A stretch of DNA of 64,000 bases, taken from assembly GCA_046563655.1 (NCBI GenBank), contig CM102287.1, positions 10,168,001 through 10,232,000 of the forward strand, written 5' to 3'. The position numbers and the translations under genes were made by a program. Shown here piece after piece: positions 1 through 11,015 of the stretch (position 1 is the stretch's first letter; each line of letters opens with the position of its first letter). Below the pieces are notes generated by a model. It saw nothing but the letters and a program-made list of their open reading frames with translations. It made no database searches and was not told the origin of the DNA. The DNA comes from Yuukianura sp. NJ FZ-2021. Its lineage: Eukaryota.

Positions 1-1
1 A

Positions 2-394
2 CCAGAAACGTCAGTTACAAAACCAACAGAATCTTCTAAACCAGAACCAGAAACGTCAGCTGAATCTGGTACGAAGAGCTCAACAGCAAATCCGTCAGGG
101 AATTCCGGAGAATCTAAAACTGACGGTACAAATCCAACTTCGCGGAACAATCCGGAACCAAAACCAACGAGTAGTTCGTCGGCAGAGAACTGTACCGAGG
201 AAACCGGTACAGCGAAACCGGATTCTCCGGTAAACGACTCCTTTTCATCAGAGAATCGGAGTATGGCCAAATCGTCGTCTACCCCATGGGGACTTTACAT
301 TGGAATTCCAGCAGGAGCAGTCGTTTTTGTGACGATTCTGGCCGGAGGCTATTTTCTCAAAAAGAAACGCGAACGGGGGACAGTCACACCTTGA
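2..394 (+). CDS. 3' end of a type I membrane protein (Ser/Thr/Pro-rich stalk, TM helix, short basic tail); 5' part lies outside the window
   Basis: Frame 2 is open from the window start: PETSVTKPTESSKPEPE...TPWGLYIGIPAGAVVFVTILAGGYFLKKKRERGTVTP, TGA at 392-394. Confidence 0.75.
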   Translation, partial: PETSVTKPTESSKPEPETSAESGTKSSTANPSGNSGESKTDGTNPTSRNNPEPKPTSSSSAENCTEETGTAKPDSPVNDSFSSENRSMAKSSSTPWGLYIGIPAGAVVFVTILAGGYFLKKKRERGTVTP

Positions 395-541
395 AAAAAA
401 TCAATTTTTAAAAACTTCCATTTTAATTCCAAAATTTACCGTACCTTGCATCACAATTAACTTTTAAATGTAAATCACATGATCATGACGTTCACTTGAC
501 GTTTGTTGACGTCAAAAACGTTCACTTGACGTTTTTTGACG

Positions 542-3358
542 TCAAGCGCCTTGACTTGACGTTGTTGGCGTATTGACGGGTTTGAAATATGACTGAATCG
601 ATCGCATGCCAAATCCTTCTGTCGCCTTTCCCCTCTTCCCCCCTCTGGAATCCTCAGTTGACCTTTGACCTTTCCGCTTCGTTGTTGGCTTAATTCGTTT
701 CGGCAAGGTCACGGGCTCAAACGTTTTCTTGTCGTTTTTGTCCACCGCTGCTGCTAACGGCGGCAAACCGTTGATTTCACGCTGAACGTCTTTGGCATAA
801 TGATAGTCTTTGTGAACTTCAAGGTCCCATATTCTAAATTTTCAAAATTTCAAAAAATTTAGAAAACGAACTTGAAATAACTTAAAATTTTTTGATAACT
901 TACACAATTAATTGTCCACATCTGTCACACTTTTTGGACAAGGCTTTGAGCGGAACTTTTCTGCTTGGAGTGCACGTTGGCGCGGCGTCAGTTTCAGTTT
1001 CAGCAGAGGTCAAAGGTGATTTGGGTGAAGATTTTTCATTTTGAGGATTTTCAATCTGAAAATCTTCATTTTCAGAATTTTGAATCTGAGAGTCTTCATT
1101 TTCAAAATTCTCTAAACTTTCTTTCCCGAGTTGTAAAATGTTTTTATCACTTTCACTCTGGATTGAATTTCTGTTAAAAACTCCTTGGCAAAAGTCTTCT
1201 TCGAAATCACTTTCTCCAAACTTGTTCAATTTTTCAGCAATAAGCTTCTCGCCTTGCGCAATTCGTTCAAAAAAATCTTCAGTGTTTTTTACCACTCCAT
1301 AAAACGGATTTCCAATTCGCTGCTGCAGCGATAGCGCTTGCAGCGATTCTGATTGAAAACTGGATTTGGAAGTTGACGGAGGAAAGAATGATTTGGATGT
1401 TCCCGGTTGGGGTGACAAATCGGCAGAAACGGCGGAAGTGGTCGGATTGCGATGAATTTGAAATGGAATTTGTTGATCGGTGAGGTCAAGGTCACTTGGT
1501 CTTGTGACTGTGCAAGAAGGTTTAGCTTTTTCTGGTTGTTTTGTAAAGAAGGAATCAATTTTCTGAAAAGCGGTGGAACTGAGCTCATGTTCGAATTTAC
1601 TGGCGATTAATCCAAGACTTGTGATGGGCAGGGTACTGTAGTTGGATATGAACAGAAAGTTAATTAAAATTGTTAATTACTCTTAGTTTTTAGCTTCATA
1701 TGCAATAAACATTTGTGCTTACGGATTTCTGAAATAGATTTTTTCAATGACTTGGTAAACTTCGGTGGCCATTCGAACAGAGTCGTATGAAGGATGACCA
1801 CATGATTTAGATATTTGATTTCCATCTTCAAATCTTATGTGCAATGTCAATGATTTGGACCTCCGATTGTTCTAAAAAATGAAAATAGTTGAATGTAGGT
1901 TTGGCAAACTTTGAAAATGTGGAAAATTTTGAAAATCCTTGCCGTTTCAAAGTCCTTTTGAATCCTTTCCACCACTTCAGCGCTCAACTGTTCGATCCAG
2001 TGCTTGATCTGCATTTGCAGAAAAAACAAAATTTAGCACTTTCTCCTTCAAAATCTCAATGAAATTGCAGAATTTTCGAAAATTTATACCTTGTCTAACT
2101 TCCGAAGAGCTTCGGGTCCTGTAAAGTTTTTATTGCAACCGATGGATTTGGGGAGCTGTCGTGCCGTTACTGTTTCGTCGTCATCTCCTTGCGCCAAGTG
2201 ATACAGCCAAGAACTAAAAAATTTTCGAAGTCAAGATGTTTTCAACTTTTTCTAAACTAATGTTAGTTGATATTTTTTTTACCCAGTTTTGTTCCCAAAA
2301 ACTTGAGCCAACTCTTTTTCGCTTAATTTTCCAAGATCCGCCATCGTTTCAATATTCATTTGCTCCAGTAGAATGTCTCCCAGTTTCCCACCCAAGTTAC
2401 GCACTTTCTTCACTGGAGTTGTGGAGTACAGTTGAGCAACTGAGGCAAATGGTAACACCGTCTGCTTATTCGGTTTGTTAATTCCGCATACCAGCTTCGC
2501 CAAAACCTGAAACGAAAGTTGAACGTTTTGAAAAAAGAAAAGTTTGAAAAAGTTTTTGCAAAGTGGTGTCAACATACCTTGTTATGAGCAATTCCTGCTG
2601 AACATCTAAATCCAGTTTTGTCCAGTATTGCTCTCCTCATTTCCCCCACAATTTCAGCACCAATGGCCAACTTCACATCGGCCAAATTCGTCATCCCTTC
2701 GCCTTCTCTGAGCGATTCTAACCATGATTCGGTAGAGTCGTAGCCCAACACAAAGTTTTTGTCCAAATAGTCTTCATTGAGATTTGCCAAAGAAGAAGCG
2801 TAGTTCCAATTGTCCTCGCATGCTGACAAACGTTGTTCCACCATTTGAGTCAAATCTAAATAAGCTTCATCGACTGATGCTCGTTCCACAATCGTCGGGA
2901 ATTCAGACAGAACTTTTATCACTTCTGAGCCTGCTGTACGATATCTACGACAATTCCAAAATTAAATTTAAATTATTTCATTTCCACGAAAAACTGAAAA
3001 GTTTGAAAAAATTTACTTTGTTAGGTCCGCTTTGCCTCGAAGTTCTGGAACTTTGACTAGTATGATTTCTGGGCATGCAGCTTTAGCATCATCTCCTCTA
3101 ATGTGTCTGTTCACACCTTTGTCTCTTGCTTCGTAATTTACAGCAATCAATCTACATTTAACAACATAAGAATATCAATTAACATGTTAACATTCAATTA
3201 AGCTAAATTGAGCTAAAATCTTACGCTCCACCTTTCCATGCATTGTACTGCACTACTCCTGCTGGTTTCCCTATGATTGAAGGATCATCCCTCTCTTCCA
3301 CTTGGACGTAGAAACAATCCATGTCAATTAGTGCTATCACTCTTGCACAATTAGGCAT
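542..3358 (-). CDS. POLH: DNA polymerase eta (Y family), multi-exon
   Basis: Start MPNCARVIALIDMDCFYVQVE; motifs IAVNYEAR, ERASVDEAYLD, SAGIAHNK, NKPNKQT, GGKLG; C-terminal UBZ-like CDRC..H..H and PIP-like MRSIQSYF; GT-AG introns. Confidence 0.93.
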
Positions 3359-3900
3359 TTTAACGATTAATTAACTCACTCAATTAATGTAGTCAAAAAT
3401 TAACATTACAAAACAAAGAAAACGAATTTTCACAAGTTTCTGTTTTGTTTACCTCTTCAATTTAAAAATATTTCGCGGTTTATGCAAATGAAGGTCTCAC
3501 ATTGCCCCTACCAAGACATGAGTCGTCCGTACTCCAATTGGCGGGATTCGAATGAATTTTAAAACCATTTCAATTTTAATTTTGAATTTCCAATTTCGAA
3601 ATTTCGGAAAATTTCGAAGATTTGATTTGATTAGCGATTAATCGTTTTAACTAAGTTCAGTTTCTGTTTGAGTTAATTGGAGTTGGCTGAAGTGAGCAAT
3701 CAAGCAGACTCTTAAGCGTTTCCTAACATTTTCAACAAAGTAAGTGATTTTTTCGGAGTGTCTTTCTTATTTATCGTTAGCGTTTCTTAGTTGTTGTGTT
3801 CTATTTTTTGGGTATCTGTATTTCATTATGTTAATATGTATATATATTTCAATATGTTAATGGATTAATTAACTTCAATTTACAGGTTTAACGGTACAGA

Positions 3901-6673
3901 ATGCCTGTGGCAGAGAACGATGGGGTGGAGGTGGACGATGGACTAGGAGTGGGCTACTTTGAGGCTCAAGGAATGCAAGGGTTCGTGGCTGTTGACGAGT
4001 TAAGTTCCATGACACTTGGGGACGACGATAACAGCGAACAGGAACCAGCAATTCCTCTCAAGCCAAGCAAACCAATCGTTGGTATCATCTTTCCACCGCC
4101 GGAAGTTAGAAGTAAGTCACAAATGTTAAAAATGGAATCATGTTTGTTTCATTTTCGGTGCTAATGATTTACTTTTCTCCCTGTAGATATCGTGGACAAA
4201 ACGGCCAGTTTTGTTGCTCGCAATGGTCCAGATTTTGAAATCCGAATCAAGCAGAATGAACAGAACAACTCCAAGTTCAACTTCCTCAACAGCGGAGATC
4301 CTTATCATGCTTACTACCGAAACAAAGTGAAGGAAATCCAAGAAGGGAAAGTGACTGTGCAACCACAGAGTAGCAGTGCTGCTGCTGCCGAGGGATTCAA
4401 AACTTCTCAGCAACTTATCGATGATGCCAAGAAGAAAAAACAAGCAGATTTACTCAAACAAGTGGAACTTCCTTTCGTACCGAAGGATCCACCAGCTGAG
4501 TTTGAGTTTATTGCCGATCCACCCTCAATTTCAGCCCATGACTTGTAAGTTTAAAAGAAAAACTTTCTAAAACTTACTTTTTTCACTAAAACTGACTCAA
4601 TGTTTTATGATTTAGGGAAGTTGTAAAACTGACAGCTCAGTTTGTGGCTCGGAATGGACGTCAGTTCTTATCGACGTTGATGACTCGTGAACAACGGAAC
4701 TATCAGTTTGACTTTCTGCGTCCCCAGCATTCCCTTTTCCAGTACTTTACCAAACTACTGGAACAGTACACCAAAGTTTTGATTCCTCCGAAGGATTACA
4801 TCAAAACCTTGGAAAAAGAAAATCCAGCACAAATCCTTGAAGATGTCAAGTATCGGGCCAACTGGATCAAGCATCAGGAAATGCAGAAACGAAAAGTGGA
4901 AGAGGAAGCAGAGAAGGAGCGGCGTAAGTTTAAAGATTCAAAAATTTTAATTTAAAAAAAAAATTAAAATTTTAAAAATGTGAAATTTTATGTAATTTTT
5001 GGTTTTTAGTGGCTTACTCCAGTATTGACTGGCATGACTTTGTTGTTGTTGAGACGGTGGACTACCAGCCTTTTGAGCAAGGCAGTTTCCCGCCTCCGAC
5101 GACTCCACAAGAAGTTGGAGCTCGCGTTTTACTTCAAGATCGGATTCTACAAGGAACTGAAAAGGAAGTTGTTGAAGAATCTTATCCACTCACGACTGTT
5201 GATGACACGCAAGTGCAAGACATGGAAGAAGATTCAGAATCTTCTGATGAAGATGAGGAACAAAGTCACAACAAACCGCCTCTGCCTCCTCCAGAACCAG
5301 AACAGCCTCAGCGTCCTGCTTTGCCAATTCCAGAACCACCGAGAGAAGATCAAGTTATCATTAAGAAAGGCTACGATCCGAAGATTTCTAAACAGACAGC
5401 GGAGAAGGTGGTTCGTCCTGGTCCAAAGCCAGAAGAGTACACGATCTCACCAATCACAGGAGAGAGAATTCCTGTAAGCAAACTACAAGAACACATGCGC
5501 ATTGGACTCCTCGATCCAAAGTGGAAAGATCAGAGAGATCGACAACTCATGGAAAAAGTCAACCAGGAATCAGTTTTTGCTGCAGGTAGGAAAAAAGTCA
5601 AAAAATTTCATTTGAAGTTTGAAAATTGGAAGATTTTGAAAAATTTTGAATTTTGTTGTTTGTAGGGTTTGCTGTTGACGAGAGTTTGAAGCAATTTGCC
5701 GAAAGGCGTTCGGATATTTTTGGAGTTGGCGTGGAAGAGACCACAATTGGAAAAAAAGTTGGCGAGGAAGAAAGAATTCCTGGAATGCCGTGGGATCCGA
5801 CCGTTGGACTCACCAGTTCGTTGCTAAGCAACTTGGACGATTCAAAATCAGATGATCCCAAAGACCAAATTGGGCCAATGTAAGTTTTCAAACATTTTGA
5901 AATTTTGAAAGTTGAACAGTTTTTTAAATTTTGAATAATATTTGGTTTTTAGAATCACGCAAGCTCCTCCACAGCCACCATCAGGTCCACCTCCGCCAGG
6001 AATTTTGCAGCCACCAGGATTATCTGCTCCCGGAACCGGCCCACCGCCACAGTTGCCCCAAATTCCTGGAATCGTTCGGTCTCCAATGGGACTCCCACCA
6101 CAGAGCATGATGATGCAAAGTATGCAAAGAGTGGGGCCACTTCTGGGCCCACCGGGTGGCTTCAACTACTCTCCGTCTCGTCCTCCACTGCTTCCACAAG
6201 CTCCGCCTCCTCAGATGCTGATCCCTCCCATTCCTGGAACAATTAAGCCAGCAGGCCCTCCACCGTCACTTCTCAAACCGCCGCCACCAGTTCCTTCTGC
6301 GGTTGCCGTTGACGACGAGCCGTCAGCCAAGAAGATGAAGTCGCTGGAAGATGCTTTGATTCCAGAGAATCAGTTTTTGGCCATGAATCGCTCTCCAGTG
6401 ACATTCACTGTCATCTGTCCCTCGGTTCCGGACAAGCCAGAGTTAAATCTGAGTGGACAGATCATTTCAGTGAATATGGGCCTCACTGAACCAATTTCAC
6501 TGATCAAGACGAAAGTGCAGGAGCTCATTGGCCAGGCACTGGCTCCAGGAAAACAGAAATTGAGCACGGAAGGACTGTTTTTGAAAGATAACAACTCGTT
6601 GGCTTACTACAACATTGGAGACAGAACGACTTTGCAATTGTCACTGAAAGAACGTGGAGGCAGGAAAAAGTAA
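3901..6673 (+). CDS. SF3A1: Splicing factor 3A subunit 1 (two SURP domains, PRP21-like region, Pro-rich region, C-terminal ubiquitin-like domain)
   Basis: GIIFPPPEVR, DKTASFVARNG, QFDFLRPQHSLF, AYSSIDWHDFVVVETVD, ends LSLKERGGRKK; a 5' UTR intron precedes the ATG. Confidence 0.96.
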
Positions 6674-6871
6674 AGACAAAGGTCAAAGGTCAACAGTGTT
6701 TTATATTTCATTTGACATTAACTTTAGATTCAGAGTGCAGAGGTCACTTACTAAACAATTCCACTGTAAATTGGATGATAAAAAGTAATAAAAAATTGAA
6801 AAGTGTTTTAGAAAAGTGTAAAAGTTGACATGTACTTCTTTGGATTTGACTCGGAGATTTTGTGGAAGATT

Positions 6872-7690
6872 TTAGGCATAGATGTAGTGGAACTGCGGTG
6901 ACTGCTTGTCGCGGATGATTTGGTACTGAGAGTATACACACATCAAACAGTAAAACTGAAACACAAATTAAAAGTTAAGTTTAACACTTTAATTAAAAGT
7001 TGAAATTAATTAATGTCAGCTTTTGAGCGATTTTCTTACGTTGTAGGCCATCCAGATCCAGACGACAAGAGTGACAATGACAGTTTCCAGCTGAAAATGA
7101 GAGAAAGAGGATGTTAGATAAATGTTAATTAATCAAATAATCAATTAGTTAGCTTACGTAGATGTAGTACATGAAGAGAATGGAGATTCCGTAGTAGAAT
7201 TGATAAGCAACCACAATGATCATCCATGAAATCCAGGGTAAGATCAATCCCCGATTTTCAATAGCAATTCCCTTCCACATCAAGTAGCTGAAGACGAAGA
7301 AGGCAATGAAGAACACAATGGCCAAACCCCCTGCTACTTGGGTAGCTGAAACAATTAATTAGTTAATCAATTAATTAGTTAATTGTAATTAAACTATTGA
7401 AATTGAAGCAATCTTACAAGTTCGAATGTCAGTTTCAAAGTAAGGCATGTAGTAATTGGACGACTCTCCCCCTCGCATTACATAGACAGTGTACGTAATC
7501 GACACGATGGACATCATCTAGTACCAAAAGTTAAAATTAAAACGAAGTTAAAACGTTTAACTTAAAAGTAATTCAACTAATTGATGTATGATTTTAGTAG
7601 TACAGCGGTGTAGAAAGCAACAGTGGTAGTTGCCTGCTTGATGTCGTCGTAAAAGTAGCAAGGAGACCAAAACGTCCGTATGAAAACCAT
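6872..7690 (-). CDS. Small four-TM membrane protein (DUF4728/LAPTM-like), 5 exons
   Basis: Manual splice: MVFIRTFWSPCYFYDDIKQATTTVAFYTA / MMSIVSITYTVYVMRGGESSNYYMPYFETDIRT / STQVAGGLAIVFFIAFFVFSYLMWKGIAIENRGLILPWISW... / LETVIVTLVVWIWMAYN / FYCLMCVYSQYQIIRDKQSPQFHYIYA*; absent from the ORF track. Confidence 0.75.
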
Positions 7691-8227
7691 TGTTAGAACA
7701 ACGTTTTACGTTGAAATAGTTAAAACTTTAAACTGTTTCAACAATGGTCAATTGTTAATTAAATTTTCAATTAGTAATTACAGGTGAGATGTCGGAGTTA
7801 TGCGTTGTTGTTTTTTTTTCTGGAGGGTGTGGGTCTTTTCCTTTCGGATTTAGCGGTACGATGAGTTCTATTGTTGTGCTTTTTCTTTTGTTGACACTTT
7901 TTGCAACAGGTGGATTCGTCATTATGTTAAAGTTGAAATTGTTAAAAGAGGAACAGTTTTTCACTTTTTAGTTCGAAATTTCAGAAAATTTTGACAATTT
8001 GGAAATAAAAGTGGAAAATATTTAGCTGTTGGCGTCCTTTAAAAAAATTTTTGAACTTCTCCTACCATCTCTCGGAAATGTCTTGAATCAAATTTGTAAA
8101 CAAAAGGGCGATTGGCGCCAAAAAATTTAAAATTTTTGAATTCTTTTGGTTCAAAAAACTTTGACATTTTTGACATTTCATTTGTTTCTTTGTCTCGCTT
8201 TTGAAATCTATCTCAGGTAGTGTGCAA

Positions 8228-8701
8228 ATGTAAGTTTAACTAATTAGTAATCGACTAATTTAATTACATCAAGTTTTTGTTGGATAAGGGCGCTGCCCTT
8301 AGCATTTACTTCGCTGAACGCTGATTTCCAAAAAATAAGGACACTACTTAAACTCATTTCCTGTAGGAACTTCTGCTCCACTTTTTAACAGATAACCGAG
8401 TCAATTTACATGATCAGATACTCCCTTCAATTCTTGATTAATAATTGATTTACTTTTCAGGACTTCCGGTAAGCACTCAATTGTATCAAGAGTTTCCGGA
8501 ACATGCGACAGCCTGAAGCTGGATCTGGTAATTGATCCAATATTAAAAATTTGATTAATCTCCAAGTGAAGATGCTTACTTTGTCTATTTCATTTCTAGC
8601 TCACCTGCGCCAACTTGCTACCTACCAACCTCTGCTGTACAAATGACTTGGTGGGAGGCGAAGGAAATCGGGGGAAATGCTTCAAAATTCTGAGCTGGTA
8701 G
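8228..8701 (+). other. Spliced leader exons upstream of the epimerase, possibly encoding a 56-aa upstream ORF
   Basis: Donors at 8230 and 8528, acceptors at 8460 and 8599; the joined exons read AT|G ... TAG (8699-8701) with no internal stop. Confidence 0.35.
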
Positions 8702-8855
8702 TTCCAGAAATATAAAAAAAAACATGGACTGAAGAAATCCTATAGTTTTCCTCGTCCTTTCCAGCTGACAGGAAAAGTTTAACCTCAATTCAGTTAATTT
8801 TCAGTTATCGTTTGCTATTTCAGTGGAAACATAAACGGATTAGCTTCTTGGCATA

Positions 8856-10611
8856 ATGGGTTCCGTAGAAAATGAGACGAGTGAAGAATTCAGTGGGAAC
8901 AAATCCAAATTTCTTATTCTTGGAGGTAAGATTAACAAAAAGTGTTAAAATTTCAATTTTTCATTATCGCTTTCCAACTTATCTCAACTGTACAGTTAGT
9001 TTTTAGTTGAAGTGAATGATTTTTATACTTTTTAGGATGTGGATTCATCGGTAGACATTTGGTGACTTACTTGGCTGACAAGGCAGAACGGATCTTCGTC
9101 ATTGACAAAACACCGCCAGAGTTAGTTTGGCTTACTCCTGCTCAACAACAAGTATTCTCATCAGAAACAGTTGTATTCCGAAGTGCCAATTTAATTACTC
9201 AAGGTACCACAACATAACTTTTTAGAAAGAAATTGAAATTTTATGACCTTTGACCTTTGATTTCAGCTGGTTGTGAAAAGGCTTTTGAGAGTATTGACCC
9301 TGACATTGACTACGTGATCAACTTGGCTTCGGAGACACGCAAAGGTCAATCAGAGCCAGTTTACCTCGAAGGAATTTACAAATTGAGTGCCAACGTTATC
9401 CAGCAAGTGTCAAAGTTATCCAGTGTCAAGACTTTTGTCCACTTTTCAACTTCACAAGTCTACGGAGATGGAAAGGTTAGTTCAGTAATTCGTGAGTAAA
9501 TAGTAATTCATTGGTAATTCATTAGTAATTCGTGATTAATTCATAAGTAATTCATTAATTCATTAGTAAATTGATTCTTCACTTTTTAGTCACCTCACAA
9601 AGAATCGGACAAAGTTGACTTGTGGAACTACGAAACAAGATTTAACTTTGCCGTTGAAGAAGAGCTGGAGAAGAACCTCAGAAACTTTGTCATCGTTCGA
9701 CCAGCCATTGTCTATGGCCCTGGAGATAGAACTGGAATCAGTAAGTTACAATTAGTTAATTACAATTTGTTAATTAACTTTGTTAGTTAATTTTGATTAA
9801 CTTTGTTAATTAGTTGATTCACTTTTTAGCTCCACGTCTCGTTGTTGGTGGAATCTACAAGCACTTGAGGGAGACAATGAAACTGCCATGGACTGAAGAT
9901 ACCAAAACGCATACCGTCCATGTCGCTGACGTGGTTCGTGCCACTTGCTTTCTGTGCCGACGTGGGAGACATGGAGAGGTCAGCTCATAACTTTTTAACT
10001 CAAAGGTCAAAGGTCAACTTTTAATTGTATTTGGTTTTAGGTGTACAATGTCGTAGATATGGGTGACACGACACAAGGGGCTGTCACGAACATCGTCAGC
10101 TCAATTTTCAGAATCAAGCATGATTACTGGGGAACTACGTTCAGCACTCTTGCCAAAGTAAAAACATTTTCTTCACAACGATTTGATTTCTGAAAGGATT
10201 ATTTTTTTCAAAATTTTGAAATGAATTATACAAAATTTTGAAAAATGGACATTTCGCAGTTGGATCTGACTGACATCGTTGAGGAAATCAATGACAAACA
10301 CATGGGACCTTGGGCTGCACTCTGCGCTGAGGATGGAGTTCCGAACACACCACTCACACCTTACATTCATCCAAGTATTTCAAAATTACTGAATTACTTG
10401 AACTACTGAATTACTTGAATTACTAAGTAATTACATTGCTTATGTTTCAGGTTCTTTGATGAAGAAGCACATGAGTGTATCGGGGTCAAAGTTGATGGAA
10501 GAAGGATTCACTGACTTCAAGTATCCAAGTGTGACCAAGGAAGTGTTGCTGGAAATCCTGGATGAATTTATTCAACTCGGGATGTTCCCCAAGTCCCTCC
10601 TCCAGAACTGA
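8856..10611 (+). CDS. NAD-dependent epimerase/dehydratase (extended SDR), multi-exon
   Basis: KFLILG|GCGFIGRHLV Rossmann motif, VINLASET, FVHFSTSQVYG, VIVRPAIVYGPGD, HTVHVADVVRA, ends GMFPKSLLQN*. Confidence 0.88.
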
Positions 10612-11015
10612 ATGTCCATCGTCACACTTGAAGCGATTTCAAGCGATTTGGAACAGATCACAGCCCAACCTCCACTTTAGGCTTAAAGTACTTTTAAGAT
10701 ATACTGGGATTTCCCAGTTTCCTCTGGACTCTAGTCGTTCCTTTCAGCATTCCTATTCTACGCTTCTGAAACCGTGAGAGCAATAAAATATAATAATTAT
10801 AATTAAAACTATTAATTTATATTAATTCAGTTCTAGTTTATTTTAATTCACATAACACTTGAGTGGGAGGGGACCTGGTTGTTACTCTAGAAGTTGACAG
10901 GGTTCTACTAGTTTTTGATTGTACAGCAGAGCAGGATGACCTTTGACCTTTCGATGACTTTGACCTCGACCGTGACCTTGACCTTGACCTGTGGATGACC
11001 TTGACCTTTGACCTT

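Noticed and set aside
2..394. TM plus basic tail resembling a bacterial sortase-type sorting signal (possible HGT)
   Set aside because: No LPxTG; equally typical of eukaryotic type I membrane proteins; N-terminus not visible
3470..3560. E2F/CHR-like words (ttcgcgg, tggcggga, ttcgaa) in the POLH/SF3A1 bidirectional promoter, and ttggcgccaa at ~8113
   Set aside because: Plausible but short, and spacing is non-canonical; not distinguishable from chance by eye
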